The position numbers and the translations under genes were made by a program. This document shows positions 1 to 9,841 of a DNA stretch of 64,000 bases, one piece after another. Every line of letters begins with the position of its first letter. Within the stretch, counting starts at the first letter, position 1. The notes below the pieces were generated by a model that worked only from the letters and a program-made list of their open reading frames with translations, had not been told where the DNA came from and ran no database searches. This DNA comes from Clostridia bacterium (lineage in GTDB: Bacteria > Bacillota > Clostridia > JAAYHZ01): NCBI GenBank assembly GCA_050950825.1, contig JBMNIH010000004.1, positions 32,001-96,000 on the forward strand, read 5' to 3'.

Positions 1-27
1 ATTTTCTTGAACGGGAAGGAAGATTAT

Positions 28-1761
28 ATGAACTTAAGAGAATTCCTGCGGAAGGCGGATGAAATAATAGACGACATGGATGTAGAAGAACTGAAGTGTT
101 GTTTGCATAATATGGCAAGAAGGACACCGGAAAAACAAAGAGAATCGTTTCTATTGTCGCTTGAGGACAGCTTTGTACAAGTTTATCAAAAGGGTAGTGG
201 AGCAAAAAGAACGTATTGAAGATTATTGTCGGATGAGACGGTAGAAGAAAAACTGCAAGAGCTTTATGATGCTTTTGAGAAAATAAACGAAGCTGAATTA
301 TATATTTCGGCGGAGAGCCATGAGGAGTATTCCTATGGACCATGGCATGACGATTGGATATGGGGTTATGACGACAAGGTCGGTATCGGCGGCATTATTG
401 AGGATGCGGTCCGATTTGCTCGGGATTGTATGAATGATTGCAGGTATGAAGAAGCGGTAACGATTATCAACCGGGTTATGGAAGTATCCGTCACTGTCAT
501 TGATGAAAACATGGGGGATTCATTCGAGTTAAGCCTTGAGCAAATGGTCGAGGAGAATTTGGTTTATATAAGCTTAAAAGAACTAGCATTGAACGTATTG
601 TATTCGGAATACCGTTTGCAGCCTATGGATAAACGTCCGGAAATCCTCTATGAATACTTTCAATACCCCTATTTCAAAGATATACATATTGAAGATATTT
701 TCTCTGTCGGCAGAGAAGAGCTGACCGATACCGATGCGTTTTTGCAATCTTGGATCGATTATCTTATGCTCCAAAACGGTGAACCTTCAACACGTTTATT
801 GAAGGAAGCCGCTTTGTATTTGTACGGATCCGACGGCTTAGTGGAAATTGCAAGAAAATGCTATACAAAGCATCCTTCCACTTATTTGGATGCCTTATTG
901 GAATATGAGAAAGAGCATGGTTTCGAAAAAATGATAAAGATCGGATAAGAAGCTTTGGATAAATTGGATTCCGGTCTTGCAATACGGGGAGACATCGCTA
1001 TTAAAACGGCGCAGGCTTCTTATTGTATGAATGATTATGATTTTATGAGGGAATGCAGGTATGAAGCCTTTTGTTCAAATCCGACCGTAGCAAACTATTT
1101 AAGGCTTTTTGTTGACAAGGAATCGATTGAAAAATACAAAGGTCTTGCCGAAAAAAGAATAGAAGATTTATCTGAACCGGAAAAAAGACACATAATGGAA
1201 TACTCGTATAACTATGAATTCGAATCCGATTATCATTACCTGCAATTTTTTTCGGGACATTTTGATAAGGTTGTGGACCGATGCAAAAATCAAAAAGCTT
1301 CGTTGGGATGGACCGGCACATTCATTCCTCACGGAATCGATTTAATGCTTTTGTATCTATATGCGGAGCCTCATCCGAAGAAAGCCGTCAAAAGAATCGC
1401 GGACCGGGTAACGAATAGAATCGGGTTTGATAAGGCGAAAAACCTTTTGTTTTTCAAAGAGAATTATATTTTCGAAAAAGACGTATCGGAGCAAGAAAAA
1501 GGTGAAATATTTTGGAATACTTTTTTAAAGTGGAAGGAGAATTATTGGATACCGGATCACACCTTGAAGGAATATGTCGATTGGTTAGAGGGTGTTATTG
1601 ACGGAAGAATTCATGGCATTGTAGGCGGTAAATACAGAAGAAAATATGAGGATACGGCGTTACTTGCAGCCGCTATCGGGGAAGTGAAAGAATCTTTAGG
1701 AGAGAAACTAGCGAAATGGGATCTTTTAAACAAATACATGAAAGAATACTCGTGCTATTAA
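28..1761 (+). pseudogene. Conserved-hypothetical-like gene (~577 codons) broken by two in-frame stops
   Basis: ORFs 7..219, 226..948 and 955..1761 are all in the same frame, separated only by TGA 217-219 (KRTY*RLLSD) and TAA 946-948 (KIG*EALD). ATG at 28 follows GGAAGGA. Confidence 0.8.
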
Positions 1762-1792
1762 ATGATTATTTGCGGAAAAGAATAATGGGACT

Positions 1793-3772
1793 TCAATTGG
1801 TCTGATAGATTACCGGTCCGTTTTCAATGGACCGGTACAGCTTGTACCCGTTGTCCACCAAGAAATCTATAAGGCTCTCAATATCGGAGCTTTCCTCGTC
1901 GGTTATAAATTCTTGATAATCATCGGCAGCGGAGATGCCCAAAACCATATATCGGATTTCCGGCAAGTTCTCCGAAGAGCAAAGACGAGTAACGTCCGGG
2001 ATTTCTTGTTTTTTAACGGCAAATTTCTGAAAATTGTCGGCATCATATGCTCCCAGAACTACATACCGGCTTTCCAAAAGATGTTCTAGGGAACAGTAAT
2101 GCAAATCATACAGGATTTCTCGTTGGGAAAGATAGGCGGTGTAAAAAGTGCCGGCGGCTACAGGGGCTTCTTCCGGGATTTCGTCCAGTACATTACGGAT
2201 ATTCCGGTAATAATCGTAGTTTCGTAGGGCTTGTACAGGATAATACATGGCTTTCGGTACGACAAGAACGGCAAAACACATCCCGCAGACAACGGTCGCC
2301 GTAACCAAAGCAAAGCTGCGATGCCAATGGATTTTTAAGTCCGCTAAATTTACGACGGTAAGATAGATAAGAAAGGCAAACGGACCGAAAGTATACTGGA
2401 AAAAGATATCGTGCTGGTACGGATAGTCCGACATCAGGTTTATCAAGATATAGGGAATCAGCAAAAAGTATCGCTCATACCGCCGTGTCAAAAGAGGCAG
2501 CCCTAAAAGCGGCAAAAGTGTCAAGGCAATAAACCGCAGCTTGTCCTTATCTGTGCATTCATAAACGGCTTTCATGGGATTTAGGATTACCGACTTGATT
2601 ACGGCAATCAACGATGACGAGCCGTCGTACATGAAGTTATCGTATCGATACGTCATAATACCTTCTCCGTTTTTTACAAGATACTCCGTAACCGTGTAGA
2701 ACCATGCAAGGGAGATTGCGAGCATCGCTATACCGATAAAGAGGTTTTGAATTTCGGACTTTTGGAATCGGAGGACGGACTTGATGATGAGCCAAAGGGC
2801 AATCACGGCAACGTAGACCGCCCCATCTTCTTTTACCGTCAGCGTAAGAATCGATGCAAGGAAAGTTACCGTGATATTTTTCTTGTCGATGCCGTAAAAC
2901 AACCAAAGAAGCAACGGCGTAAGAAAACAGTTTTCGTGAATATCAAAGCTTGTACCGCCGGAGTACGAAGGATAAAGGAACAGTACCGTACAAATCAACA
3001 TCCTTTGTACGGGAGTTAGACCGTGATGTTTTCCAATCTTCCAAAGAGGGATAACCGCCGATGTAATGACCGCAGCTTGTAGCACTTGCAAGGTAGCGGG
3101 ATCGGGAACAAGGCGGTAGAAAGGAAGCATAACATAAAAGATCGGAGATACATGAACGGCAAAGTGAGACAGTATACCGTCGCGCTCCAACGTGGTCAAG
3201 GGCAGGCCGTATTGATTCATGTAGTAGAACATTTGAGAAAAGATACCGAAGTCATAGGTAGGGGTACAAAAGCAATAAAATCGCCCTACCGTCCATGCGC
3301 TGACAAACAGGAAAAATGCAATCGATAATCCTGCGGTGATTCCAAGATAAACTTTCCGTTCTTTCTTCGATCCCGGTTCCGTAACAGGATCTCGGTTATC
3401 GTGACCGAATATGCCGTATACCGTGAGCAATGAAAAAATTAAGATACAGGCGGTAAGAAACGCCCATGAAAAGGATGCCCGAAGTGCGAGAACGGACAGT
3501 AAGAAAAAGACGGCGACAATGCACCGACGCTCAAAGATAACGGTGCTTACAAATCGGGAAACACCAAAAAGAAAAATAAAGGCACTAAGAGTGATTATGA
3601 TTGTCCGATGGAAAGACATAAAAGCAAGGCCGATGGAATCGGACAAATCCCGCAGCGTACCGGGCAGAAGGAAATATTCCATCGTAACGGCAATTAACCA
3701 TGCAAGAATGATTCGACGAAAAATGCCGGGAATGTCCGGTTTTCTTTGGATGCATAATCTGTATTTTGTCAT
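1793..3772 (-). CDS. DUF2079-like multi-pass membrane protein (putative GT-C fold glycosyltransferase)
   Basis: 659 aa with many TM helices. Motifs YDFGIFSQ, SHFAVHVSP, FDIHEN, VKED and FFQY. GGGGGTG RBS upstream. Confidence 0.75.
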   Translation of the reverse strand: MTKYRLCIQRKPDIPGIFRRIILAWLIAVTMEYFLLPGTLRDLSDSIGLAFMSFHRTIIITLSAFIFLFGVSRFVSTVIFERRCIVAVFFLLSVLALRASFSWAFLTACILIFSLLTVYGIFGHDNRDPVTEPGSKKERKVYLGITAGLSIAFFLFVSAWTVGRFYCFCTPTYDFGIFSQMFYYMNQYGLPLTTLERDGILSHFAVHVSPIFYVMLPFYRLVPDPATLQVLQAAVITSAVIPLWKIGKHHGLTPVQRMLICTVLFLYPSYSGGTSFDIHENCFLTPLLLWLFYGIDKKNITVTFLASILTLTVKEDGAVYVAVIALWLIIKSVLRFQKSEIQNLFIGIAMLAISLAWFYTVTEYLVKNGEGIMTYRYDNFMYDGSSSLIAVIKSVILNPMKAVYECTDKDKLRFIALTLLPLLGLPLLTRRYERYFLLIPYILINLMSDYPYQHDIFFQYTFGPFAFLIYLTVVNLADLKIHWHRSFALVTATVVCGMCFAVLVVPKAMYYPVQALRNYDYYRNIRNVLDEIPEEAPVAAGTFYTAYLSQREILYDLHYCSLEHLLESRYVVLGAYDADNFQKFAVKKQEIPDVTRLCSSENLPEIRYMVLGISAADDYQEFITDEESSDIESLIDFLVDNGYKLYRSIENGPVIYQTN

Positions 3773-4063
3773 TTAAAACACCCCCTGTACCGCATGGCGT
3801 AGTGTCAAAAATTCTGAACGAATTTTGACCTAAACCATCTATTTCACTGGCTTTCACCAGTTATTCTTGTATCCCCCCTGAAAATTGGAAAATATCCAGA
3901 GTTTATTTATGTTTTTATTGTTATTTTATAGCAGCAGTAGTTGTTGTGGAGCTTGTGGTAAAGTTTATTGTGGCTTAGAATTGCTTGCTGAAGGTTGTGG
4001 GCAAAATTGTGGGTAAGGTGTGGGAAACCCTTCAGGGTTTTCCATGGTTTATCCATGATTTTG

Positions 4064-5455
4064 GTTATAGTCTTAAGTAGTGGTGTAAATTTCGTGGAGT
4101 ATGCTTGACAAGAGTAACCACGATATGATTTTTACTTTATTAGATTCAAACAAAAAAGATAAAGTAAAGGAGGTCATACCGTGGCTACTAAAAATAGAAT
4201 GTCACTTTTAGAGCAACTTAGCAAGTATGTTGTTGAAAAAGATAAGGATTTTTTAAAGGAAGCGCTTACGCTGTTAATCAATGCTCTGATGGATGCGGAA
4301 GTTACGTCGATGATCGGTGCGGAAAAGTATGAACGAAGTGAGAATCGGAACAATCATCGTAATGGATACCGACAAAGAGAATGGGATACTCGCCTTGGTA
4401 CGTTACAGTTAAGCATACCCAAATTGAGGCATGGAAGCTATTTCCCAAGTTTATTAGAGCCTCGGAAGATGTCAGAAAAAGCTTTATTAAATGTGGTGCA
4501 GGAAGCTTATGTGCACGGTGTCAGCACTAGAAAAGTAGATGAGTTGGTAGAATCTCTCGGAATTAAAGGGATGGATAAAAGCGAAGTTTCCGGGATCAGC
4601 AAGCAATTGGATGGCTTTGTCACCGAGTTCAAGAACCGCATACTCGAAGGAGAATACCCTTATCTTTGGCTTGATGCTACTTTTCCTAAGGTTCGTGAAG
4701 GTGGAAGAGTATGCAGTATGGCACTTGTAATAGCCGTAGGTGTAAATCAGTCCGGTGAACGAGAGATACTAGGTTTTGATGTCGGCATGAGTGAAGACGG
4801 AGCTTTTTGGGAAGAGTTTCTGAGAAAGCTTGTAGCAAGGGGACTTAAAGGGGTGAAGTTAGTTGTAAGTGATGCCCATGAGGGGTTAAAATCCGCCATA
4901 AAGAAGGTTTTAACCGGGAGCACATGGCAAAGATGCCGAGTACATTTTATGCGGAACGTATTAAGCCAAGTGCCGAAGAAGTGCCAAGGAATGGTCTCCT
5001 CAATCATACGCACCATTTTTGCACAAAATGATCAGGAATCCGCAAGGGAACAGCTAAGACATGTGGTAGATGAACTGAGGGGGCGTTTTCCGAAAGCAAT
5101 GGAAATCCTTGAAGCAGCCGAAGAGGATATATTGGCGTATATGGCCTTTCCCCGTGAGCATTGGATACAGATTCATTCTACGAATCCATTGGAACGGCTT
5201 AATCGTGAGATACGCCGTCGGACTGATGTTGTATGCATATTTCCTAATCGTGATGCCGTTATTCGCCTTGTAGGTACTATGCTTATGGAGCAGAACGATG
5301 AATGGCAGGTAGGGCGGCGATACTTCAGTTTAGAATCTATGGAAAAGCTTACACAGGCTAATGGGTTTTCATTAGCTCCGATTGCTATCTTACATAAATG
5401 AAACGAAGGGAAGATAAAGTAGAAATCATTTTACACCACTTGACAAGACACTATC
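4064..5455 (+). mobile_element. IS256-family insertion sequence
   Basis: Imperfect terminal IRs: gttatagtcttaagtagtggtgtaaa (from 4064) versus the reverse complement of tttacaccacttgacaagacactatc (ending 5455). They enclose a transposase. No target-site duplication is visible. Confidence 0.85.
4181..5401 (+). CDS. IS256 family (Mutator-like DDE) transposase
   Basis: 406 aa with hallmark motifs RNGYRxR, IPKLRxGSYFPSLLEP, YVHGVSTRKV, YLWLDA, VVSDAHEGL, WQRCRVHFMRN and STNPLERLNREIRRRT. Confidence 0.97.
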   Translation: MATKNRMSLLEQLSKYVVEKDKDFLKEALTLLINALMDAEVTSMIGAEKYERSENRNNHRNGYRQREWDTRLGTLQLSIPKLRHGSYFPSLLEPRKMSEKALLNVVQEAYVHGVSTRKVDELVESLGIKGMDKSEVSGISKQLDGFVTEFKNRILEGEYPYLWLDATFPKVREGGRVCSMALVIAVGVNQSGEREILGFDVGMSEDGAFWEEFLRKLVARGLKGVKLVVSDAHEGLKSAIKKVLTGSTWQRCRVHFMRNVLSQVPKKCQGMVSSIIRTIFAQNDQESAREQLRHVVDELRGRFPKAMEILEAAEEDILAYMAFPREHWIQIHSTNPLERLNREIRRRTDVVCIFPNRDAVIRLVGTMLMEQNDEWQVGRRYFSLESMEKLTQANGFSLAPIAILHK

Positions 5456-5763
5456 GATACTTATTTGATTACACGTATTTTGATAGAGCGAGTACAAGCC
5501 GATATAACTATATGAGTGTTTACAAGGAAAATAATAGTTTTTATATCAAGTTAAATTTACAGGTAAGATTTAAATAAAAAAATATGTTTTTTTTACTTTT
5601 ATTTTTAATATATCTGTCATAACCGGTTAAGTAGTTACTCCGTTTCTCAGCCAAAATCTTAGAAGTAAACAATTCTTAACGGAAAAGTCATTATAATGCT
5701 TCTTGGCGAATTCCCAATAAAAATCAATTTTTATATCAGAAGTTTTAGAAAGAGAATTTTATA

Positions 5764-5789
5764 TGTAACATTTGGCATTCTATCTCGTC
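5764..5789 (+). promoter_or_regulatory. ECF-sigma-type promoter (likely autoregulatory)
   Basis: TGTAAC-N16-CGTC directly upstream of the ECF sigma gene. Matches the AAC/CGT pattern of Bacillus SigX/SigW-type promoters. Confidence 0.7.
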
Positions 5790-5833
5790 TTTATATTTGT
5801 AAACACTCGGCCGAGGAAGAAGGTATTCTTTTT

Positions 5834-6367
5834 ATGACGGAGGTAGAAGAAAACAAAAAGGTGGAAGGTGTCATGACAATCGAAGAATTATGCCGTGAAT
5901 ATTGGGAGCCCCTTTACCGTTTTGTGTACTATAAAGTCCAAAATCGTGAAGAAGCGGAAGACATCACCCAAGAGACATTTGTTAAGGCAATTTCATACAT
6001 ACAAGAGAACAGAACGGAAGTCGAAAACATCATCGGGTTTGTAAAAACCGTTGCTTTAAATGTCTTGAGGGATCGATGGCGAAAATACAAGCGAAGAGGA
6101 AATACCGGCAATTTGGATGATATCAGCCAAGGCTATGCAGCCGTCAATGACTACAGCGAAAGCACGGTACAGAGGGACTTGATTCTTCATGCTTTATCAA
6201 AGCTGAATGAAAAACAAAAAAGCTGCATCGAGCTTCGTATACTACAAGGATATACGGTCCCGGAAACAGCCCAAATGATGGGTATAAGCGAAGGGAACGT
6301 AAGGGTCCTGCAATATCGAGCGCTTCAGCGGCTTTCAAAGATCCTAAAAAGCGATGATGTCGATTAA
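5834..6367 (+). CDS. ECF RNA polymerase sigma factor
   Basis: Region 2 motif EAEDITQETFVKA and region 4 HTH ETAQMMGISEGNVRVLQYRALQRL. Start taken at ATG 5834; ATG 5873 is also possible. Confidence 0.93.
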   Translation: MTEVEENKKVEGVMTIEELCREYWEPLYRFVYYKVQNREEAEDITQETFVKAISYIQENRTEVENIIGFVKTVALNVLRDRWRKYKRRGNTGNLDDISQGYAAVNDYSESTVQRDLILHALSKLNEKQKSCIELRILQGYTVPETAQMMGISEGNVRVLQYRALQRLSKILKSDDVD

Positions 6368-6381
6368 CGGAGGGATGTGCG

Positions 6382-8085
6382 ATGAATCGAAGGATTAATA
6401 AATTATCGAAATATATTGATACATTAAACGAAGAACGAAAACCGAAAGAACACGAAAACAAAAAGGAATCTCCTGAAATGGAGGAGCTTTTCGAAACGGT
6501 GCGGCAGGTCCGGAGTCTAAAAGACCCAAAGCTTCCGGAGGAAGACTATGCCGAAAAACTGACTACCGTCGTGAAGTCCGGACAATCGAAGAAGAAAACG
6601 AAAAGGACTTCAAAAAGAACCCGGTATGTCGGATTGGCTGCCGTTGCCGCCGTTTTGGTTTTCATCATTGTCCTCAATACGGTAGGACCGTTTGCTCGGC
6701 CGAATATCGTGCAAGCAATGGAACAAGCCTTTTTGCAAATCGGTGCTTACCATGGAATTGTGGAAGTGATAGAGACCAATGCGGAAGGAGAATCGGTCAC
6801 GCAAACCAAGGTGGAAGTGTGGGCGGACAAGGAAGGCCGATATTACGTTAAAGGCATAGAGGGCTGGCAAAAGGATTTGGTAACGGCAAACGACGGTGAA
6901 ACCAAATGGCAAATCCGTCATGATGACAAGGAAGTGAAGCTGTTTTCCGCATTTCCGGATCCCTACGGCTTTACTTTTGAAATAGGTCAAGAAATCGAGG
7001 ACGCAAAAAAAGCCGAAAAAGTTGAAATCCTCGGTGATGACGTTATCGCGGGAAGAAAGACTTACATTATGGAGGTCACACCTAAAGGGGGAGCTCCGTA
7101 TAAAATTTGGATTGACAAGGAAACCAAAATGCCGCTGCAAAAGCAATCGGCAATGGAATATGCTCTTCAATATACAAAACGATACACGGAAATTGAGTTT
7201 ATCGACAGCATCCCGAAGGAGCTTATGACTCTCCGTATACCGGAAGGGTATATAAAAACGGAAAACAATCCGGAATATATCGTAACCGGTTTTGAGGAAG
7301 CGAAAGAATTGGCAGGATTTGTTCCGAAAATTCCCAAGCAATTGCCGGAATCGTTTATTCAACGCAGCATCGCGGTTTTAATAAAAGACGGGATTGTAAA
7401 AATAAATTATGCTTCATCCGACAATACGGATAAGATTACCGTACTGCAGAAAGAAGCGGATGAAACGTTCAAACCCTCCTCCATGGCCATATTGGGTAAA
7501 GTAAACGGAAATGCAGCGGAAATCCAATCGCCGATTCAAAATACGGCGGGAATCCTTCAGGGGGGAGGAGTCTATGCAAGCACAACGGGAATCCGGTCCA
7601 TCCGCTGGCAGCAAGAAGGTATGGAATATGCCGTCTACGGAAATGTATCTCTCGATGTATTGGCACGATTTGTTGAAGCATTGTCCGACGGTCCGGTAGA
7701 GATTCCGAAGCCTGAAGAACCTTTGACACAGGAGCCGAACCCGGAAGAAGCCCAAGATGAACCCACGATAAAGGTTCCGGTAGATTTGGAAGTTGAAAAA
7801 GGCGACCAAAAGAATGTGGATGCGGGGCACTCGCCTTGGAAGTTGGACCCGGTGTTTGTAGCACAAGTTTTTGTAAGCTTGCAAATGTCTCCGGAGGGAA
7901 TACAAGGAGATTATCCGATTGACTACGAAGACTTTACCATGGTCAAAAACGACGGAGTAAAAGCGATAGTGGAAACGGACAACAGCGAATCTCCCGTAAA
8001 GAGAGTATACTTGGAACGCTTGGTTCGCCAAGATGAAACGGGAATATGGACCGTGGTCGGGTATGATCCGAAAGAGGATGCCTAA
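6382..8085 (+). CDS. Putative membrane anti-sigma factor with extracytoplasmic LolA/RseB-like domain and C-terminal VDAGHSPWKLDP domain
   Basis: Directly follows the ECF sigma. Cytoplasmic N-terminus, one TM helix (VGLAAVAAVLVFIIVL) and the LolA-like motif KIWIDKETKMPLQ. Confidence 0.7.
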   Translation: MNRRINKLSKYIDTLNEERKPKEHENKKESPEMEELFETVRQVRSLKDPKLPEEDYAEKLTTVVKSGQSKKKTKRTSKRTRYVGLAAVAAVLVFIIVLNTVGPFARPNIVQAMEQAFLQIGAYHGIVEVIETNAEGESVTQTKVEVWADKEGRYYVKGIEGWQKDLVTANDGETKWQIRHDDKEVKLFSAFPDPYGFTFEIGQEIEDAKKAEKVEILGDDVIAGRKTYIMEVTPKGGAPYKIWIDKETKMPLQKQSAMEYALQYTKRYTEIEFIDSIPKELMTLRIPEGYIKTENNPEYIVTGFEEAKELAGFVPKIPKQLPESFIQRSIAVLIKDGIVKINYASSDNTDKITVLQKEADETFKPSSMAILGKVNGNAAEIQSPIQNTAGILQGGGVYASTTGIRSIRWQQEGMEYAVYGNVSLDVLARFVEALSDGPVEIPKPEEPLTQEPNPEEAQDEPTIKVPVDLEVEKGDQKNVDAGHSPWKLDPVFVAQVFVSLQMSPEGIQGDYPIDYEDFTMVKNDGVKAIVETDNSESPVKRVYLERLVRQDETGIWTVVGYDPKEDA

Positions 8086-8174
8086 GTCAAGAGCAATGCG
8101 AAACCGAACACCAAGGTTTTAGAGTATTATACTTGCTTCCCTCAAGTGTTTTGATTGATAGGGACGGTTCTCAA

Positions 8175-8220
8175 TTATGCCCGGCAGATGATTCCCGTTG
8201 GGTGATTCTGCCGGGCATAA
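8175..8220. terminator. Strong stem-loop after the ECF operon
   Basis: Perfect 14-bp inverted repeat ttatgcccggcaga...tctgccgggcataa. No U-tract on the + strand. Confidence 0.55.
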
Positions 8221-8444
8221 AAATGCGCTTCTCTCAGGTATATCCGCATTTATATTAATTCACGACCTGCGATTCCGAAATCAATTTGACAGTTCGATTT
8301 TCAGGTGTGATCTGTGATAGCAATTCATCTTATATGAAATTACGGTACCTTGTTTTGCTTTACGAAACCGGGCCGGTAATATATAATTTTTTTATGTACC
8401 GCTTATCTTTCACAGGAAATAAAGATTGAGACGGGGTAGAGGAT

Positions 8445-8925
8445 ATGAAAAGGAAGAATAAACGAATTAGTTTCCTTTTAGCCGTTATTATGGCATTGAT
8501 TTTAATGCTGCCTCTCTTAGTATTTTCAATAAACGGAGATTGTGAAGAAATAACCGTAGAAGAGGCTATGAAAGCGCTTAAAGTAAAAAAATACGCTTTA
8601 TGCCATAGTAACAGATGTTTATTATACCTTCCAAGGGGCGGATGATTTTGTATCGCTGCTTCGTATGGACGCATGGAAAAAAGTGAACTCTTCTTCAAAA
8701 GAAAGCCCTTCCATTTCCATACATTTATTCGAGCAGTACAATATCTACTTATATTACGACGGAATGGCTTCGATCTACTATGGCTATGCCGGCCTTTTGG
8801 AAAACAAGGAAGCCTTTTATTCCGTCCCGGAAGGTACGGCCGAAACCGTTCAAGAATATGTTGCCCGATACGGTACGGTTACCAAACACGGAGTGAATTC
8901 TTCGACATTTGCAAAAGAAGGTTAA
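8445..8925 (+). pseudogene. Small membrane-anchored/secreted protein with a +1 frameshift
   Basis: ORFs 8445..8645 and 8665..8925 join into one ~159-aa ORF if one A is removed from the A7 run at 8585-8591 (…KV KNTLYAIVTDVYYTFQGADDFVSLLRMDAWKK…). Confidence 0.6.
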
Positions 8926-8943
8926 TCTAGCGAGGTTTTAAAC

Positions 8944-9825
8944 ATGGAGATTGTTAAGAGAAGATACCGCCTGCTTTCGGATTTTTCACAGGTTCACGGG
9001 TTTTTAGCGGATATTTACACCTTAGATACTTTAAACAGCTATTTATTACCGCCGTTTTTCGAATACGCCCATACGCATCCGTTCTTCAACCATAAGCTTA
9101 CCCATCGGTTCGGAGTATGGGAGGAAAAGGGCAAAATTATCGGCATTGCGTGCTATGAAATGGATATCGGGGAAAGCTTTCTTGTGACGGATAAGGAACA
9201 TACCTTTCTGTTACCCGAAATGCTTGATCATGCGGAAGAAGAATTGTCGGTTCTTAAAAACGGCAAGCACACCCTTTCCGTGTGGGTAACCGATAAAGAA
9301 ACCGTAAAGATCGATCTGTTGACTCGAAGGGGATATAAAAAGGTGCATAGCGAGCCGATACGCATTTTCTCCTACGATAAGCCTTTTCCTGACGTGAAGC
9401 TTCCCGAAGGCTTTACCGCTATTTCTTTGGATGATGAAAATGATTATAAAAAGATTAACGACTGCTTATGGAAGGGATTTGACCACGGGGACGAGCCGGA
9501 CGACGATATCGACAGTCGGATCCTTATGCAAAGCGGACCTCATTTCCGAAAGGACTTGACAACCGTTATCAAAGCTCCGAACGGAGAATACGCTTGTTTT
9601 GCAGGAATGTGGTTTGATGAAAAAAACAACTACGCTTATCTTGAGCCTTTGGCAACGGTGCCAAAATACCGCCGCCTCGGTCTTGCAGTGTATGCTCTTT
9701 GCGAGGGAATGAAGAAAACAAAAGCCCTCGGCGCAGCCTATTGCTTCGGCGGTGTTCATCCGTTTTATACGGCCATCGGCTTTGAGACCATCGCGAATAG
9801 GGAGATATGGAAAAAGGAACGTTAG
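8944..9825 (+). CDS. GNAT family N-acetyltransferase
   Basis: C-terminal acetyl-CoA motif LEPLATVPKYRRLGLA and FYTAIGF. Confidence 0.85.
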   Translation: MEIVKRRYRLLSDFSQVHGFLADIYTLDTLNSYLLPPFFEYAHTHPFFNHKLTHRFGVWEEKGKIIGIACYEMDIGESFLVTDKEHTFLLPEMLDHAEEELSVLKNGKHTLSVWVTDKETVKIDLLTRRGYKKVHSEPIRIFSYDKPFPDVKLPEGFTAISLDDENDYKKINDCLWKGFDHGDEPDDDIDSRILMQSGPHFRKDLTTVIKAPNGEYACFAGMWFDEKNNYAYLEPLATVPKYRRLGLAVYALCEGMKKTKALGAAYCFGGVHPFYTAIGFETIANREIWKKER

Positions 9826-9841
9826 ATATACACAAATTAAA

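Noticed and set aside
5440-5470. Hybrid promoter from the outward TTGACA in the IS256 right IR
   Set aside because: No convincing -10 hexamer at 16-18 bp spacing in the flank.
8160-8173. gggacggttc motif resembling REP/RAYT-associated ends
   Set aside because: Single half-site with no partner repeat or tyrosine transposase.
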